64,000 nucleotides of DNA from an uncultured Alphaproteobacteria bacterium. GTDB lineage: Bacteria > Pseudomonadota > Alphaproteobacteria > CAIYWZ01. The DNA lies in the NCBI GenBank assembly GCA_964497925.1, contig CAZCFE010000001.1, positions 77,370 to 141,369 on the forward strand, in the 5' to 3' direction. The notes beneath the pieces are model-generated. The model was not told the origin of the DNA and ran no database searches. It was given only the letters and a program-made list of their open reading frames with translations. Shown here one piece after another: positions 29,451 through 38,863 of the stretch. The translations under genes were made by a program, and so were the position numbers. Each line of letters begins with the position of its first letter. Position 1 is the first letter of the stretch.

Positions 29451-31067
29451 GTGATTAATCTTCAAAAAAGAAAAAATATTGGTATTTTTGGGCTGATCGG
29501 CCTTTTGGTCGTTATTTTGTTTATCTCTGGAGTTATTAAAACATTTGACAATCCAGATAAAGATATAATACACAGAGGGAATAGTATTGAACCACAATCT
29601 ATTGATCCACATTTATCTCAAACCCTAAACGAAGCAAACATTCAACGTGATATTTTCGAAGGCCTTACCGCCGAAGCGGCAAACGGGACCATTATACCAG
29701 GCGTTGCTTTACGTTGGGAAACAAGTAAAGATCAACTGAGGTGGACTTTTTTCTTAAGAAAAGATGCGAAGTGGAGTAATGGAGATACTGTTGTTGCAAA
29801 AGATTTTGTTAATGCATTTAAAAGGGTTGCTGATCCAAAAACAGGCGCCCCCTTTGCAGCTTTTTTAAAACCAATAGTAAACGCTGACAAAATCTTAAAA
29901 GGAGAAGAAAAGGATTTATCAAAACTTGGCATTAGGGAAATTGATGAGCATACATTAGAAATAGAGCTTGTTTCACCAATCCATCATCTTTTAACAATTC
30001 TTGCTCATCACACAACATATCCATTTCATGAAAAAACTTATGAGCAACATAAAGCAAAATGGACCACACCATCAAACATTGTGTGTAATGGTCCATATAA
30101 ACTCTCAGAGCATATACCTCAATCGCATATAAAACTCATAAAAAATGATCAATATTGGGATAAGAAAAATGTAAAAACATCTACTATTATGTATTACCCA
30201 ACGGAAGATAGTCACGCAGAATTAAAAAAATTTATTAACAGTGAGATACACACGACAGAAACCATTCCACAAGACCAAATTGAATGGGTTGAACAAAACA
30301 TGAAAGGCTCTTTTCGAAAAACACCATATCCAGGCGTTGTTTTTTATGGGTTCAATATGACATCAGAACCCTTTAAAAGCAATGAAAAACTAAGACAAGC
30401 ATTAGCATTATCTATAGATAGAACGATTTTAACGGAAAAAATTGCAAAACTTGGCGCAACCCCAGCTTACTCTTGGATTCCAAAGGGTATGGGGAGCTAC
30501 AAACCTCAAGAGGTTTTCTTCTCTTCAATGACACAGGACGAAAGAGAAAAGAAAGCTAAAGAGCTCTTCATGGAGTCTGGTCTTTCTCCTGAAAATCCAC
30601 CAAAAATTGAAATTTTATTAAAAAACAATAATTCAGAAAAAAGCTTAGCTGTTGCAATTTCTGGGATGTGGAAAAAAGTTTTAAATATTGAAACAACCTT
30701 ACACGAGGAAGAATGGAAAGTTTATGCAAACAACAGATCCGAAAAAAAGTTTCAAATCATCCATTTAGATGGTGTCGCTGATTTTCCAAACTCTGGGGCT
30801 CTTTTGGGACTTTTTGTTTCAAACCAAAATACAGTTGGGTATTCAAACCCAGAGTTTGATATTCTTATTGAGCAAGCTTTATCAGCTCAATCAATAGAAG
30901 AGCAGGATAAAGCGTTTGAAAAAGCAGAAACATTGTTCTTAGTTGATCTACCTGTAATCCCATTATACCACTCAACAAAAAGACATTTAGTTAACACTGA
31001 TGTTCAAGGATGGATTGATAATTTTATGGATGTTCACCCATCACGATATCTGTTTATTGCAAACTAA
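29451..31067 (+). CDS. Family-5 peptide/oligopeptide ABC substrate-binding protein (OppA/DppA-like), orphan
   Basis: N-terminal anchor or signal, then EPQSIDPH and FEGLT family blocks; 538 aa. It has a GTG start, and no permease or ATPase genes lie adjacent. Confidence 0.7.
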   Translation: MINLQKRKNIGIFGLIGLLVVILFISGVIKTFDNPDKDIIHRGNSIEPQSIDPHLSQTLNEANIQRDIFEGLTAEAANGTIIPGVALRWETSKDQLRWTFFLRKDAKWSNGDTVVAKDFVNAFKRVADPKTGAPFAAFLKPIVNADKILKGEEKDLSKLGIREIDEHTLEIELVSPIHHLLTILAHHTTYPFHEKTYEQHKAKWTTPSNIVCNGPYKLSEHIPQSHIKLIKNDQYWDKKNVKTSTIMYYPTEDSHAELKKFINSEIHTTETIPQDQIEWVEQNMKGSFRKTPYPGVVFYGFNMTSEPFKSNEKLRQALALSIDRTILTEKIAKLGATPAYSWIPKGMGSYKPQEVFFSSMTQDEREKKAKELFMESGLSPENPPKIEILLKNNNSEKSLAVAISGMWKKVLNIETTLHEEEWKVYANNRSEKKFQIIHLDGVADFPNSGALLGLFVSNQNTVGYSNPEFDILIEQALSAQSIEEQDKAFEKAETLFLVDLPVIPLYHSTKRHLVNTDVQGWIDNFMDVHPSRYLFIAN

Positions 31068-32325
31068 ATTTTTTTTCAAACTGTGTTGATTTTTCAAGAG
31101 TCATAAAAACAGTCACCCTTGTATATTCATCTTCAACGGTTTGATTTTTTACATTTGCATTTCTAAAAAGCCAGGCAATTGCATCTGTTTGAGAGTGAGA
31201 AATATGATACACAAACTCCGTTGCCTCTTTATCTAAAAAATTATCAATCAAAACCAAAAGCTCTATTATTCCTTCCCCTTTGATTGCTGAAACAAGAATA
31301 CTGTTTTCTTTTCTCTCGGTTTGGTTTTTTATAATTTCTTTTTGCTCAAAAGTTAAAAGATCACTTTTATTTAAAACCTCAATCATTGGTTTTTCCTCAT
31401 CACACCCCACATCTTTTAAAACCTTATGAACCTGTGTGTTCTGAAAGTCTGTATGTGTGTGTGAAATGTCTCGGATGTGCAATATAACACTTGCCTCCAA
31501 AACCTCTTCCAGGGTAGCCTGAAAGGCGGCAATGAGTTGGTGTGGGAGTTTTGAGATGAACCCAACAGTATCTGTGATAATAACTTGTCGCCCAGAAGGA
31601 AGCTTTAGAAGCCTTAATGTAGGGTCAAGTGTCGCAAAAAGCATATCTTGCGCCAAAACAGAAGCGTTTGTTAAAAAGTTAAAAAGAGTTGATTTTCCAG
31701 CATTTGTATAACCCACCAAAGAAACAATCGGAAAGGGAATCTTTTTACGTGCATTTCTTTGAAGCGATCTTGTTCTTTTAACATTCACCAATTCATTTTT
31801 TAGCTTTACGATACGGTCCCCAATAATTCTTTTATCAAGTTCAAGTTGAGACTCTCCTGGTCCCCCGGTAAAACCAAAACCACCCTTTTGTCGCTCAAGA
31901 TGTGACCAGGACTTTACTAATCGACTCTTTTGATAAGTAAGAGATGCGAGTTCAACCTGAAGCTTTCCTTCAGATGTTTGAGCTCGACTTCCAAATATTT
32001 CTAAAATTAAAGCGGTTCTATCAATAACTTTTACTTTTAAGAATTTTTCAAGATTTCTTTGTTGAACGGGGCTTACATCTTGATTCAAAAAAACAAGCTC
32101 CACATTCTCAGCTGCCACAAGATTTCTTATCTTTTCAAGGTGTCCCTTGCTTATGTAGGTTGCTGAGCTTATTTTGCTTATACAAACCGTTTCCCTGTTA
32201 GTGATTTCAAGGTTAATGGCTTCTGTAAGTGCGCAAGCTTCATCGAGAATGTCTGTAACATTAAAAAGAGGGTCTTTCGCTTCTGTTTTTAAATATGGCT
32301 GTAGAACAAGTGTTTTTGTTGTCAT
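31054..32325 (-). CDS. hflX: GTPase HflX
   Basis: G1 motif GYTNAGKSTLFN, G3 motif DTVGF, NKSD, and an HflX N-terminal domain. Confidence 0.9.
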   Translation of the reverse strand: MTTKTLVLQPYLKTEAKDPLFNVTDILDEACALTEAINLEITNRETVCISKISSATYISKGHLEKIRNLVAAENVELVFLNQDVSPVQQRNLEKFLKVKVIDRTALILEIFGSRAQTSEGKLQVELASLTYQKSRLVKSWSHLERQKGGFGFTGGPGESQLELDKRIIGDRIVKLKNELVNVKRTRSLQRNARKKIPFPIVSLVGYTNAGKSTLFNFLTNASVLAQDMLFATLDPTLRLLKLPSGRQVIITDTVGFISKLPHQLIAAFQATLEEVLEASVILHIRDISHTHTDFQNTQVHKVLKDVGCDEEKPMIEVLNKSDLLTFEQKEIIKNQTERKENSILVSAIKGEGIIELLVLIDNFLDKEATEFVYHISHSQTDAIAWLFRNANVKNQTVEDEYTRVTVFMTLEKSTQFEKKFSLQ

Positions 32326-33308
32326 TAAAATTGATCCAGTTTGATTTCTATTCTTCTGTTTTTAGTGTAAGCTTCTTCTGTTTCATTTGTATCTATAGAT
32401 TGAAACTCTCCAAATCCTGTAGCTGCAAGACGGTGTGGTGGGATACCTTGTGAAATTAAAAAATTTACAACCGATATCGCTCGGTTTGATGAAAGCTCCC
32501 AATTTGATTTTACGATTGTATTTTTTATTGGCTTTTTATCTGTGTGACCATCAATACGTAAAATCCAATTAATTTCTTTTGGGAAAGTTATGGTTATTTT
32601 TTTTAATGTTTGGGCTAGATGTTCAAGTTGTTTTTTACCTTCATTTTGAAGATCCCAGGCGGCACTCATAAATAAAACCTCTGATTGAAAAACGAACCGG
32701 TCTCCCCTGATGCTTATATCATTCCTGTTTCCTAAAGCTTCTTGTAGCTTTCCAAAGAACTCAGATCTGTATTTTGCTAAATTAAACTCTTGGCTTGTTG
32801 TCTTTAAAGACTTTAATTTTTCAAGAAGGTCTTTAATTTTGTTTTCTTTTTGCTCATTCTCATCTTTTGTTATTTTAAGGTTTGAAGAAAGACCGTTTAG
32901 ATGTGACTTTAGAATTTCGATTTGTTTGCTTAGTTCTTGAATTTGGGATTCTTTAGTCTTTTTTTCTTGATCCTTAAAAATGGATTGCTTTTCAAGATAG
33001 CTTAGTTTTGCTTCTGTCTCAAATATAAAGTTTTTGGCGTCTTTATAATTTTGTTTTAATGTAAAAAAACTTTTTTCAAGGGTTTTGTTTTTTTCTTTTT
33101 CAAGATTTAGCATTTTTGTGAGTTGTTCAAATTGTCCACCAAGATCACGTAAACTTTTTTCACGACCATGTAATATTTCTCCCATATATCTTTGAGATAT
33201 AACAAATATCATTAATACAAAGATTAATGCCATAAGCAAAGTTGCAAGTGCATCTACAAATCCTGGCCAAATATCAAAAAAATGTCTTTTGCTTTTTTTG
33301 CTTCTCAT
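32325..33308 (-). CDS. MotB-like protein: TM with a conserved Asp, ~130-aa coiled coil, OmpA-type peptidoglycan-binding domain
   Basis: WPGFVDALATLLMALIFVL corresponds to the MotB plug/TM region with its Asp. OmpA_C blocks are IDGHTD, NWELSSNRA, ATGFGE and NRRIEIKL. I prefer the ATG at 33308, which has an AAGAG upstream, over the ATG at 33335. The stop overlaps the hflX start by 1 nt. Confidence 0.7.
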   Translation of the reverse strand: MRSKKSKRHFFDIWPGFVDALATLLMALIFVLMIFVISQRYMGEILHGREKSLRDLGGQFEQLTKMLNLEKEKNKTLEKSFFTLKQNYKDAKNFIFETEAKLSYLEKQSIFKDQEKKTKESQIQELSKQIEILKSHLNGLSSNLKITKDENEQKENKIKDLLEKLKSLKTTSQEFNLAKYRSEFFGKLQEALGNRNDISIRGDRFVFQSEVLFMSAAWDLQNEGKKQLEHLAQTLKKITITFPKEINWILRIDGHTDKKPIKNTIVKSNWELSSNRAISVVNFLISQGIPPHRLAATGFGEFQSIDTNETEEAYTKNRRIEIKLDQF

Positions 33309-33399
33309 TTTATAACTCTTGAGTTGTTTATACATAATATAAGTATAATTTTATAATAATAATAGTATATAGTCTTGTTGATAACCATGAATTGATTTG

Positions 33400-33574
33400 T
33401 TATCCACAGTATATCCACAATGTTGTACTTTTTATTATAGCCTATTTTGAGACTTTTCAGGATTTTTTTTTATTATATGTTTATAACTTTGTTTTTCTGT
33501 TACAACCTTGTGGATAGTTTTTGGATTGTTTGTTGTTATTTTTATCATCTTTTTTTACTCACAATTTATCCACA
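33400..33574. promoter_or_regulatory. Cluster of four DnaA-box-like 9-mers
   Basis: TTATCCACA at 33400-33408, ATATCCACA at 33411-33419, CTATCCACA (reverse) at 33509-33517, and TTATCCACA at 33566-33574. An AT-rich tract at 33461-33500 lies between them. Confidence 0.5.
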
Positions 33575-35187
33575 GTTTTAATTGCTTCCAGGAGCTCATC
33601 TTTTGAAGGGAATTCAGATAGAAGTATTCCTTTTTTATTCCCTGGGCCATAAATAATAATTAGTGGAATGCCTAGTCTATTTTTTGCTTGAAGATATTGT
33701 TTTATTTGTGTGTTTGGTTTTGTCCAATCTAAGGTTAAGATTTTAATTTTCGAATTATTTTTAATTTCAGGAATGTTTATAATTTGATGATCAAGAATTT
33801 TGCAATTTAAGCACCATTTGGCGGTTACCTTTGTTATTACAATTCTATCTTTTTGGACGTAGCTTTGGATTTTTTTTTCAATGTTTTCGGAAACATATTC
33901 TGCTTCTGGAAAATATATTAAAAGAACCATGCAAGAGATTAAAAATACGACAAGGCTTGTATAAAATATATGTTTTTTACGTATTAGGATAAGAGTTGGC
34001 AAAAGAAAAAGAGTAGGTAAAAAGTCAATATGATCTGACAGAATCCAAATAAACCAAATGCCGGTTATATACATTCCCCATCCCAAAGCATTTTTAAAAT
34101 ATTTCACCCAGAGACCTGGTTTTGGCAGAGGAATATATTTTGGTGGAATAATTGACAAGAGAAGGTATGGGAGTCCAAATCCAATTCCCATGCAAGCAAA
34201 TATAATAAATATTGTGGATAAGTCTTGGGTAAGAGTAAAAGAGAGAGCCGTACCTAGAAATGGTGCTGAGCAAGGGGTTGCTAGAAACACAGCAATAAAA
34301 CCATTCCAAAGATCGGCAATGATGCTTTTTTTATTAATAACAGGAATGCGATAAACGATACTTTGACCGATTTCGAATAAGCCCCATAAGTTTGCTGTAA
34401 AAAAGAAAATGACGGATATTGTAAAAATAAGAAAATAGGGGTTTTGGAATTGAGTTCCCCACTGAAGCACATCTCCTGATAATTTAAAGGCGTAAGATAT
34501 CAAGCCCAACATTAAAAATGAAAAAACAATACCGATAAATGTTGTAAATGAGCTTGTTTGAAATGTTTTCTTATCTTGATTTGCGTTAGAAATGGCCATA
34601 ATTTTTAAAGATAGAACTGGTAGCACGCAAGGCATAAAATTTAAAATAAAACCACCTAAAAATGCAAAAGCCAGTATCAGAAAAATACTTTCTTTTTGAA
34701 GCTGGGTTTCATCAATACTTTCAAAAAGGTAAGATTGATCAGAAGCGTCTGATGTTCCTGGGGGGATTGTTAGGTCAAAAGGTATCGTTTTTGGGCTGCA
34801 TGTATTATTGCAGATCAAGTAAGATATATTTCCTTGTAAAGAAAGGGGCTTATTTGTATCTTTTATTTCTATTTCTATAGGAATTAAAATATCGCTAGAA
34901 TACCCTTTAAACGGAACATCGTGAAACTCATCATCTTCTTCTTTTGGCCACATAAAATTGTAGCTTTCTAGATTCTCCTTACGGCTCCACTCAATTGATG
35001 GAGGATAACCGGAATTTGTACTGTTGGGGCCGTATACTTTTGATCCTGCCGGAATGGGAATAAAAATCCCAATAATTTGCTTTTTAGAATCTCCAAGATT
35101 AGTTACTGGAGAGATTAATTTTGTTTGAATATCATTTTGAGAATACACACTGGAAAATAGAAAAAATAATATTAACAATATTTTCAT
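33559..35187 (-). CDS. dsbD: DsbD-family thiol:disulfide interchange protein (N-terminal domain, TM core, C-terminal thioredoxin)
   Basis: Signal peptide and an N-terminal domain with ICNNTC. TM core cysteines are in FMPCVLPVL and LATPCSAPFL, and the C-terminal thioredoxin motif is KWCLNCK. Confidence 0.75.
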   Translation of the reverse strand: MKILLILFFLFSSVYSQNDIQTKLISPVTNLGDSKKQIIGIFIPIPAGSKVYGPNSTNSGYPPSIEWSRKENLESYNFMWPKEEDDEFHDVPFKGYSSDILIPIEIEIKDTNKPLSLQGNISYLICNNTCSPKTIPFDLTIPPGTSDASDQSYLFESIDETQLQKESIFLILAFAFLGGFILNFMPCVLPVLSLKIMAISNANQDKKTFQTSSFTTFIGIVFSFLMLGLISYAFKLSGDVLQWGTQFQNPYFLIFTISVIFFFTANLWGLFEIGQSIVYRIPVINKKSIIADLWNGFIAVFLATPCSAPFLGTALSFTLTQDLSTIFIIFACMGIGFGLPYLLLSIIPPKYIPLPKPGLWVKYFKNALGWGMYITGIWFIWILSDHIDFLPTLFLLPTLILIRKKHIFYTSLVVFLISCMVLLIYFPEAEYVSENIEKKIQSYVQKDRIVITKVTAKWCLNCKILDHQIINIPEIKNNSKIKILTLDWTKPNTQIKQYLQAKNRLGIPLIIIYGPGNKKGILLSEFPSKDELLEAIKTVDKL

Positions 35188-36485
35188 GATGTCACCAGTT
35201 TGAAAGAGTTGTCTAGATGCGTAATTGGATTGCTGTTAAATACAGGAGATGTCCAATTGATTTGATCAATTTGATCACAAACGACACATATAAGGCTCCA
35301 ATTATGAGTAACATGTCCGCATGAATCACACAGCCATGTTTTTTCTTGTTTTTGAGAGATTATTTCTTTTGATGAAAGGTGTAATGGAACATGATCTAAT
35401 GATTCAAGCGCATTTGCTAATAATTTTAGCTTAAAGGAAACCCCTTGATTGCATAAAATAGCAAGGTCTAGATGCGTTCTTGCAATTCCTGTGAAGCCTT
35501 CTTCAATGGCTGTTTGTGCGAGAATAAAATGACCCACATAATTTGCATTTGTAATTTTAACAATATATTCTGCGCGTTTTATTTTTTGCGCTGGTGAAAA
35601 CTTATCTTGCAAGTGAACATAAAGATATGCAGTATCTGGATGTGCTTTCTCTTTTAAAGATTTTTCGAGTACTTTTTCTGCTTTGTTGAATTTGTCTAGA
35701 AATATATACTCTTTGGCCAAAGCAAGAGCACATGGAACGAAAGATGGATCTGTATCAAAACCTTTTTCTAAGGACTTTCCTCCCATCAAATAATAGCAAA
35801 CGCTTTCTAAGTGTTTTATTTTTTGATGATCAAATATTTTGTATTTTTTTATCTTTTTTAAAAATACAAAACTTTGCTCAATATCATTTAATCTTAGGCT
35901 TAAATAGAAAATATTCGAAATGCACCATTTAGAAGAAGGTTCTAACTCAAGAGCTTTTTTTGCATAAAGATATGCCGCTGGATAATCTTTTTGAGAATTG
36001 GCGGTTTGAGTTAAACCGTAATATCCTAAAAATTCTGTGGTTTTATCTTTGAGTAAAGCCCCATAAACCCTCGTTGCGCTTGCATAATCATTTGATTTTT
36101 GAGCTGAAAGTGCGGTTAAAATGAGAGGAAGTGGGGAGTCATTTAAAAAAAACTGTGTTTTTAATATTTTTTCTCGTGCTGTTTCAAAATCTTCCATCGC
36201 AAGAGCAGTAAGGCCTTGAGTAAAGCTTTGATATCCTTTTTTCTCTCGAGATTTATTTCTAAAATCACGCCAAATTTGTGGGAGTTTTTTTAGTGTTAGA
36301 AAAATATATAAAACAATCATCCCAAAAACAGAGACAACAAGAATGCCTAAAATTCCAAGACCTATGTGGATTTTATATACATGGTCAAACCATTCAATTG
36401 TCAAACTTCCAGGATTCAGGGTAAACCAGAAGATTGCTCCCCCTACAAGCGCTAGTTTTAATAAGAAAATGAATGTTTTGATCAT
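35184..36485 (-). CDS. HemY-like heme-biosynthesis-associated TPR membrane protein
   Basis: Two N-terminal TM segments, TPR-like repeats, and a C-terminal zinc-ribbon-like CDSCGH...CVVCD. The ATG at 36485 is preceded by AAAGGA, whereas the track start at 36560 is a TTG. Confidence 0.6.
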   Translation of the reverse strand: MIKTFIFLLKLALVGGAIFWFTLNPGSLTIEWFDHVYKIHIGLGILGILVVSVFGMIVLYIFLTLKKLPQIWRDFRNKSREKKGYQSFTQGLTALAMEDFETAREKILKTQFFLNDSPLPLILTALSAQKSNDYASATRVYGALLKDKTTEFLGYYGLTQTANSQKDYPAAYLYAKKALELEPSSKWCISNIFYLSLRLNDIEQSFVFLKKIKKYKIFDHQKIKHLESVCYYLMGGKSLEKGFDTDPSFVPCALALAKEYIFLDKFNKAEKVLEKSLKEKAHPDTAYLYVHLQDKFSPAQKIKRAEYIVKITNANYVGHFILAQTAIEEGFTGIARTHLDLAILCNQGVSFKLKLLANALESLDHVPLHLSSKEIISQKQEKTWLCDSCGHVTHNWSLICVVCDQIDQINWTSPVFNSNPITHLDNSFKLVTS

Positions 36486-36710
36486 TTCAAATAATCCTTT
36501 AATTAATGTTACAATACTAATTGTAGCATGATGAAAAATATTGTCAATATATTTTTTCAATTAATATGGATGGCCTTAGATTTTCTCAAGATAACTCATC
36601 ATTGAACATGCTCTTTTTGTTTCAAGGAAAATTATGTGGAGATTAATTCATATTGCTGTTTTTGTGTAGTTTTGGTAGTATTAATTTATGAATTAACAAT
36701 GAGGAAAAAG

Positions 36711-36941
36711 ATGTCAGATTTTGAAAACTTAAGTTTTGAAGATGCTTTGAAAGAACTCGAAGCTGTTGTGCGGTCTTTAGAAGATGGGCAAGGGAGCTTA
36801 GATAATGCAATTAGCGCCTATGAAAAAGGAATTAAACTGAAGGCTTTTTGCGAAGAAAAGTTAAATGCAGCAAAACTTCGCATTGAAAAAATTACAGCAA
36901 AGCCAGATGGAGAAATTGTAACGTCTGAATTTTTAAGTTAA
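36711..36941 (+). CDS. xseB: Exodeoxyribonuclease VII small subunit
   Basis: 76 aa with MSDFENLSFEDALKELEAVVRSLEDG, typical of XseB. GAGGAAAAAG precedes the ATG. I discarded the track GTG extension from 36636. Confidence 0.85.
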   Translation: MSDFENLSFEDALKELEAVVRSLEDGQGSLDNAISAYEKGIKLKAFCEEKLNAAKLRIEKITAKPDGEIVTSEFLS

Positions 36942-37637
36942 ATGTCCATTTGCAGGCTTTTTATAGATCAACCTTTGGGGTTGTCTAATCATGTTGTGAT
37001 TCCAGATGAGGATTTTCATTATCTTAAAAATGTGCTGCGCGCAAAAAGTGATGATGTTATTGAGCTGTTTAATGGGGTTGACGGTTCTTGGCTTGCAAAT
37101 GTTATAGAGCTTACCAAAACACGATGCTCTGTCCAGGTGATGGATCAAATTAAAAAACAAATACCAGCTCCCAAAGTTACTTTATATTTTGCACCTATTC
37201 GTCAAAACCGTATGGATATTTTAATTGAAAAAGCCACAGAAATTGGTGTTTTTGAATTTCGTCCAATTTTAACAGAGTTTACCCAGGTAAGAAAACTAAA
37301 TACACAAAGACTTCAATTGCAGATTAAAGAAGCAAGCGAACAATCAGAGCATTTTCATGTTGCAAAAATTTATGATCCAATTTCTTTTTCAGCCCTTTTA
37401 AAGCAGGGGGACTCTTTATGGATTTGTGATGAAAGACTTGATGGAAATCATATTTTAAATATGCCAACACCTGATCATATTCACCTTGCTATAGGCCCTG
37501 AAGGTGGTTTTTCAGATTCAGAGAAGAAAATGATGGGGTCTTTGACAAGGGTCAGCCTTGGAAATTCAATTTTAAGGGCAGAAACTGCTGCTCTTTGTGC
37601 TGTTGGTTTTGCAAATTATTTATTTTCTAAATCTTGA
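36942..37637 (+). CDS. rsmE: 16S rRNA (uracil1498-N3)-methyltransferase
   Basis: RsmE layout with the C-terminal GPEGGFSDSE motif; 231 aa. Confidence 0.8.
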   Translation: MSICRLFIDQPLGLSNHVVIPDEDFHYLKNVLRAKSDDVIELFNGVDGSWLANVIELTKTRCSVQVMDQIKKQIPAPKVTLYFAPIRQNRMDILIEKATEIGVFEFRPILTEFTQVRKLNTQRLQLQIKEASEQSEHFHVAKIYDPISFSALLKQGDSLWICDERLDGNHILNMPTPDHIHLAIGPEGGFSDSEKKMMGSLTRVSLGNSILRAETAALCAVGFANYLFSKS

Positions 37638-38863
37638 TTTTTCGCATTTTTAAAAAATATTGATATGATAAAAGAGATAAAAACGCACACGGGTATTAAA
37701 AATAAAGCAATTCTGTAATCTTCTATTTGAAAAACGCGCACACCATCAATCATTTCACCTTTCCATCTTGAATCAAGAATTTGACCCACTAAAGGCTGGA
37801 ATAGGAGGCCGCTGAGCATGGTAAACATGTTGGTAAGTCCAATTGTGACACCGCTGAATTGAACGGGCATATGTGAGCAAGTAAATGCAAATGAGAGTGA
37901 CTGTCCGCCAAATGTGAGACCTATGATAAACAAAAGAGTGCAAGTTGTCATGAGTGATAAGTCAGGTATTAAGACAAGTATCGAGAAAGATATGCCAACA
38001 AGGACAGTTGTGATTTTAAGTGCTGTGAGCATGGTGAGTATTTTCTGAATGAGCCAAGCATAAAGAAGCGCGCCGATAGAAAGCCCAAGATAAATAAAAT
38101 TCACATAAAAGGATGCTTCTTTTGTTGGTATATTGTAAGACTTTACAAGAAAGCTTGCTCCCCAAAGGTCCGCAAACACGGAAAGAACTGTGTAGAGAAA
38201 AAATCCATAAACAGACCCAAGCCATACCTGCGGTGTCTTAAGGGCAACTTTTAATCCTTCAAATATAGATGCGTTGTTTTTTTCTTGTTTATCTCCATCT
38301 TTTGCAAGAAGCCAAATGGCAAGCCCAATCAAAATTCCAAATCCAGCAACGATTAGAAGGCTTGTTCTCCAGTCGTAATGATCAATCAGAATTCGTAAAG
38401 GAGCACCTCCAAAATTCGCTCCCATGGTTCCAAGTAACATGGTCGCTCCTGTGACAATTGATAAATGTTTGATATCAAACCAAAGTGTTCCAAGTTTTAT
38501 ACACCCTAAAAAAGCACAAGAAGATCCAACTCCAATTAAAAATCTTCCAAATTGAGCAAAATATATATTGGAAGATGTTGCAAATAAGGCTGTTGCGAAA
38601 GCGCATAAAACTGCAGCAAATGTGAGAAGTTTTCGTGGACCAAAGTAATCAGCTAAAAGGCCCAGTGGAATTTGCAATGCGCAGTATCCATAATAATAAA
38701 ATGCTGTTAATGATCCAAATTGGCAAGCCCCAATTTCAAAGTCACGCATAAGGTCATCTGCCATAACGCTAGGCGAGACTCGTAAAATAAATTGATAACA
38801 ATAAAATAATGCGGCAGGAAACCAAATTAACCAAGGGTTTGAAAGGATCGATTTTTTAGACAT
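37616..38863 (-). CDS. MFS transporter (paralog 2 of a tandem pair)
   Basis: 12-TM profile and motif A GLLADYFGPRKLL. It is roughly two-thirds identical by eye to the upstream paralog. Confidence 0.8.
   Translation of the reverse strand: MSKKSILSNPWLIWFPAALFYCYQFILRVSPSVMADDLMRDFEIGACQFGSLTAFYYYGYCALQIPLGLLADYFGPRKLLTFAAVLCAFATALFATSSNIYFAQFGRFLIGVGSSCAFLGCIKLGTLWFDIKHLSIVTGATMLLGTMGANFGGAPLRILIDHYDWRTSLLIVAGFGILIGLAIWLLAKDGDKQEKNNASIFEGLKVALKTPQVWLGSVYGFFLYTVLSVFADLWGASFLVKSYNIPTKEASFYVNFIYLGLSIGALLYAWLIQKILTMLTALKITTVLVGISFSILVLIPDLSLMTTCTLLFIIGLTFGGQSLSFAFTCSHMPVQFSGVTIGLTNMFTMLSGLLFQPLVGQILDSRWKGEMIDGVRVFQIEDYRIALFLIPVCVFISFIISIFFKNAKNQDLENK

Noticed and set aside
36636-36710. GTG-initiated extension of xseB. 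Analogous extensions exist for ybaB (48951-49019) and rpoD (54417-54485).
   Set aside because: In each case an internal start with a good RBS yields the canonical family N-terminus. The extensions are hydrophobic or basic sequence with no family match, or they overlap the upstream gene.
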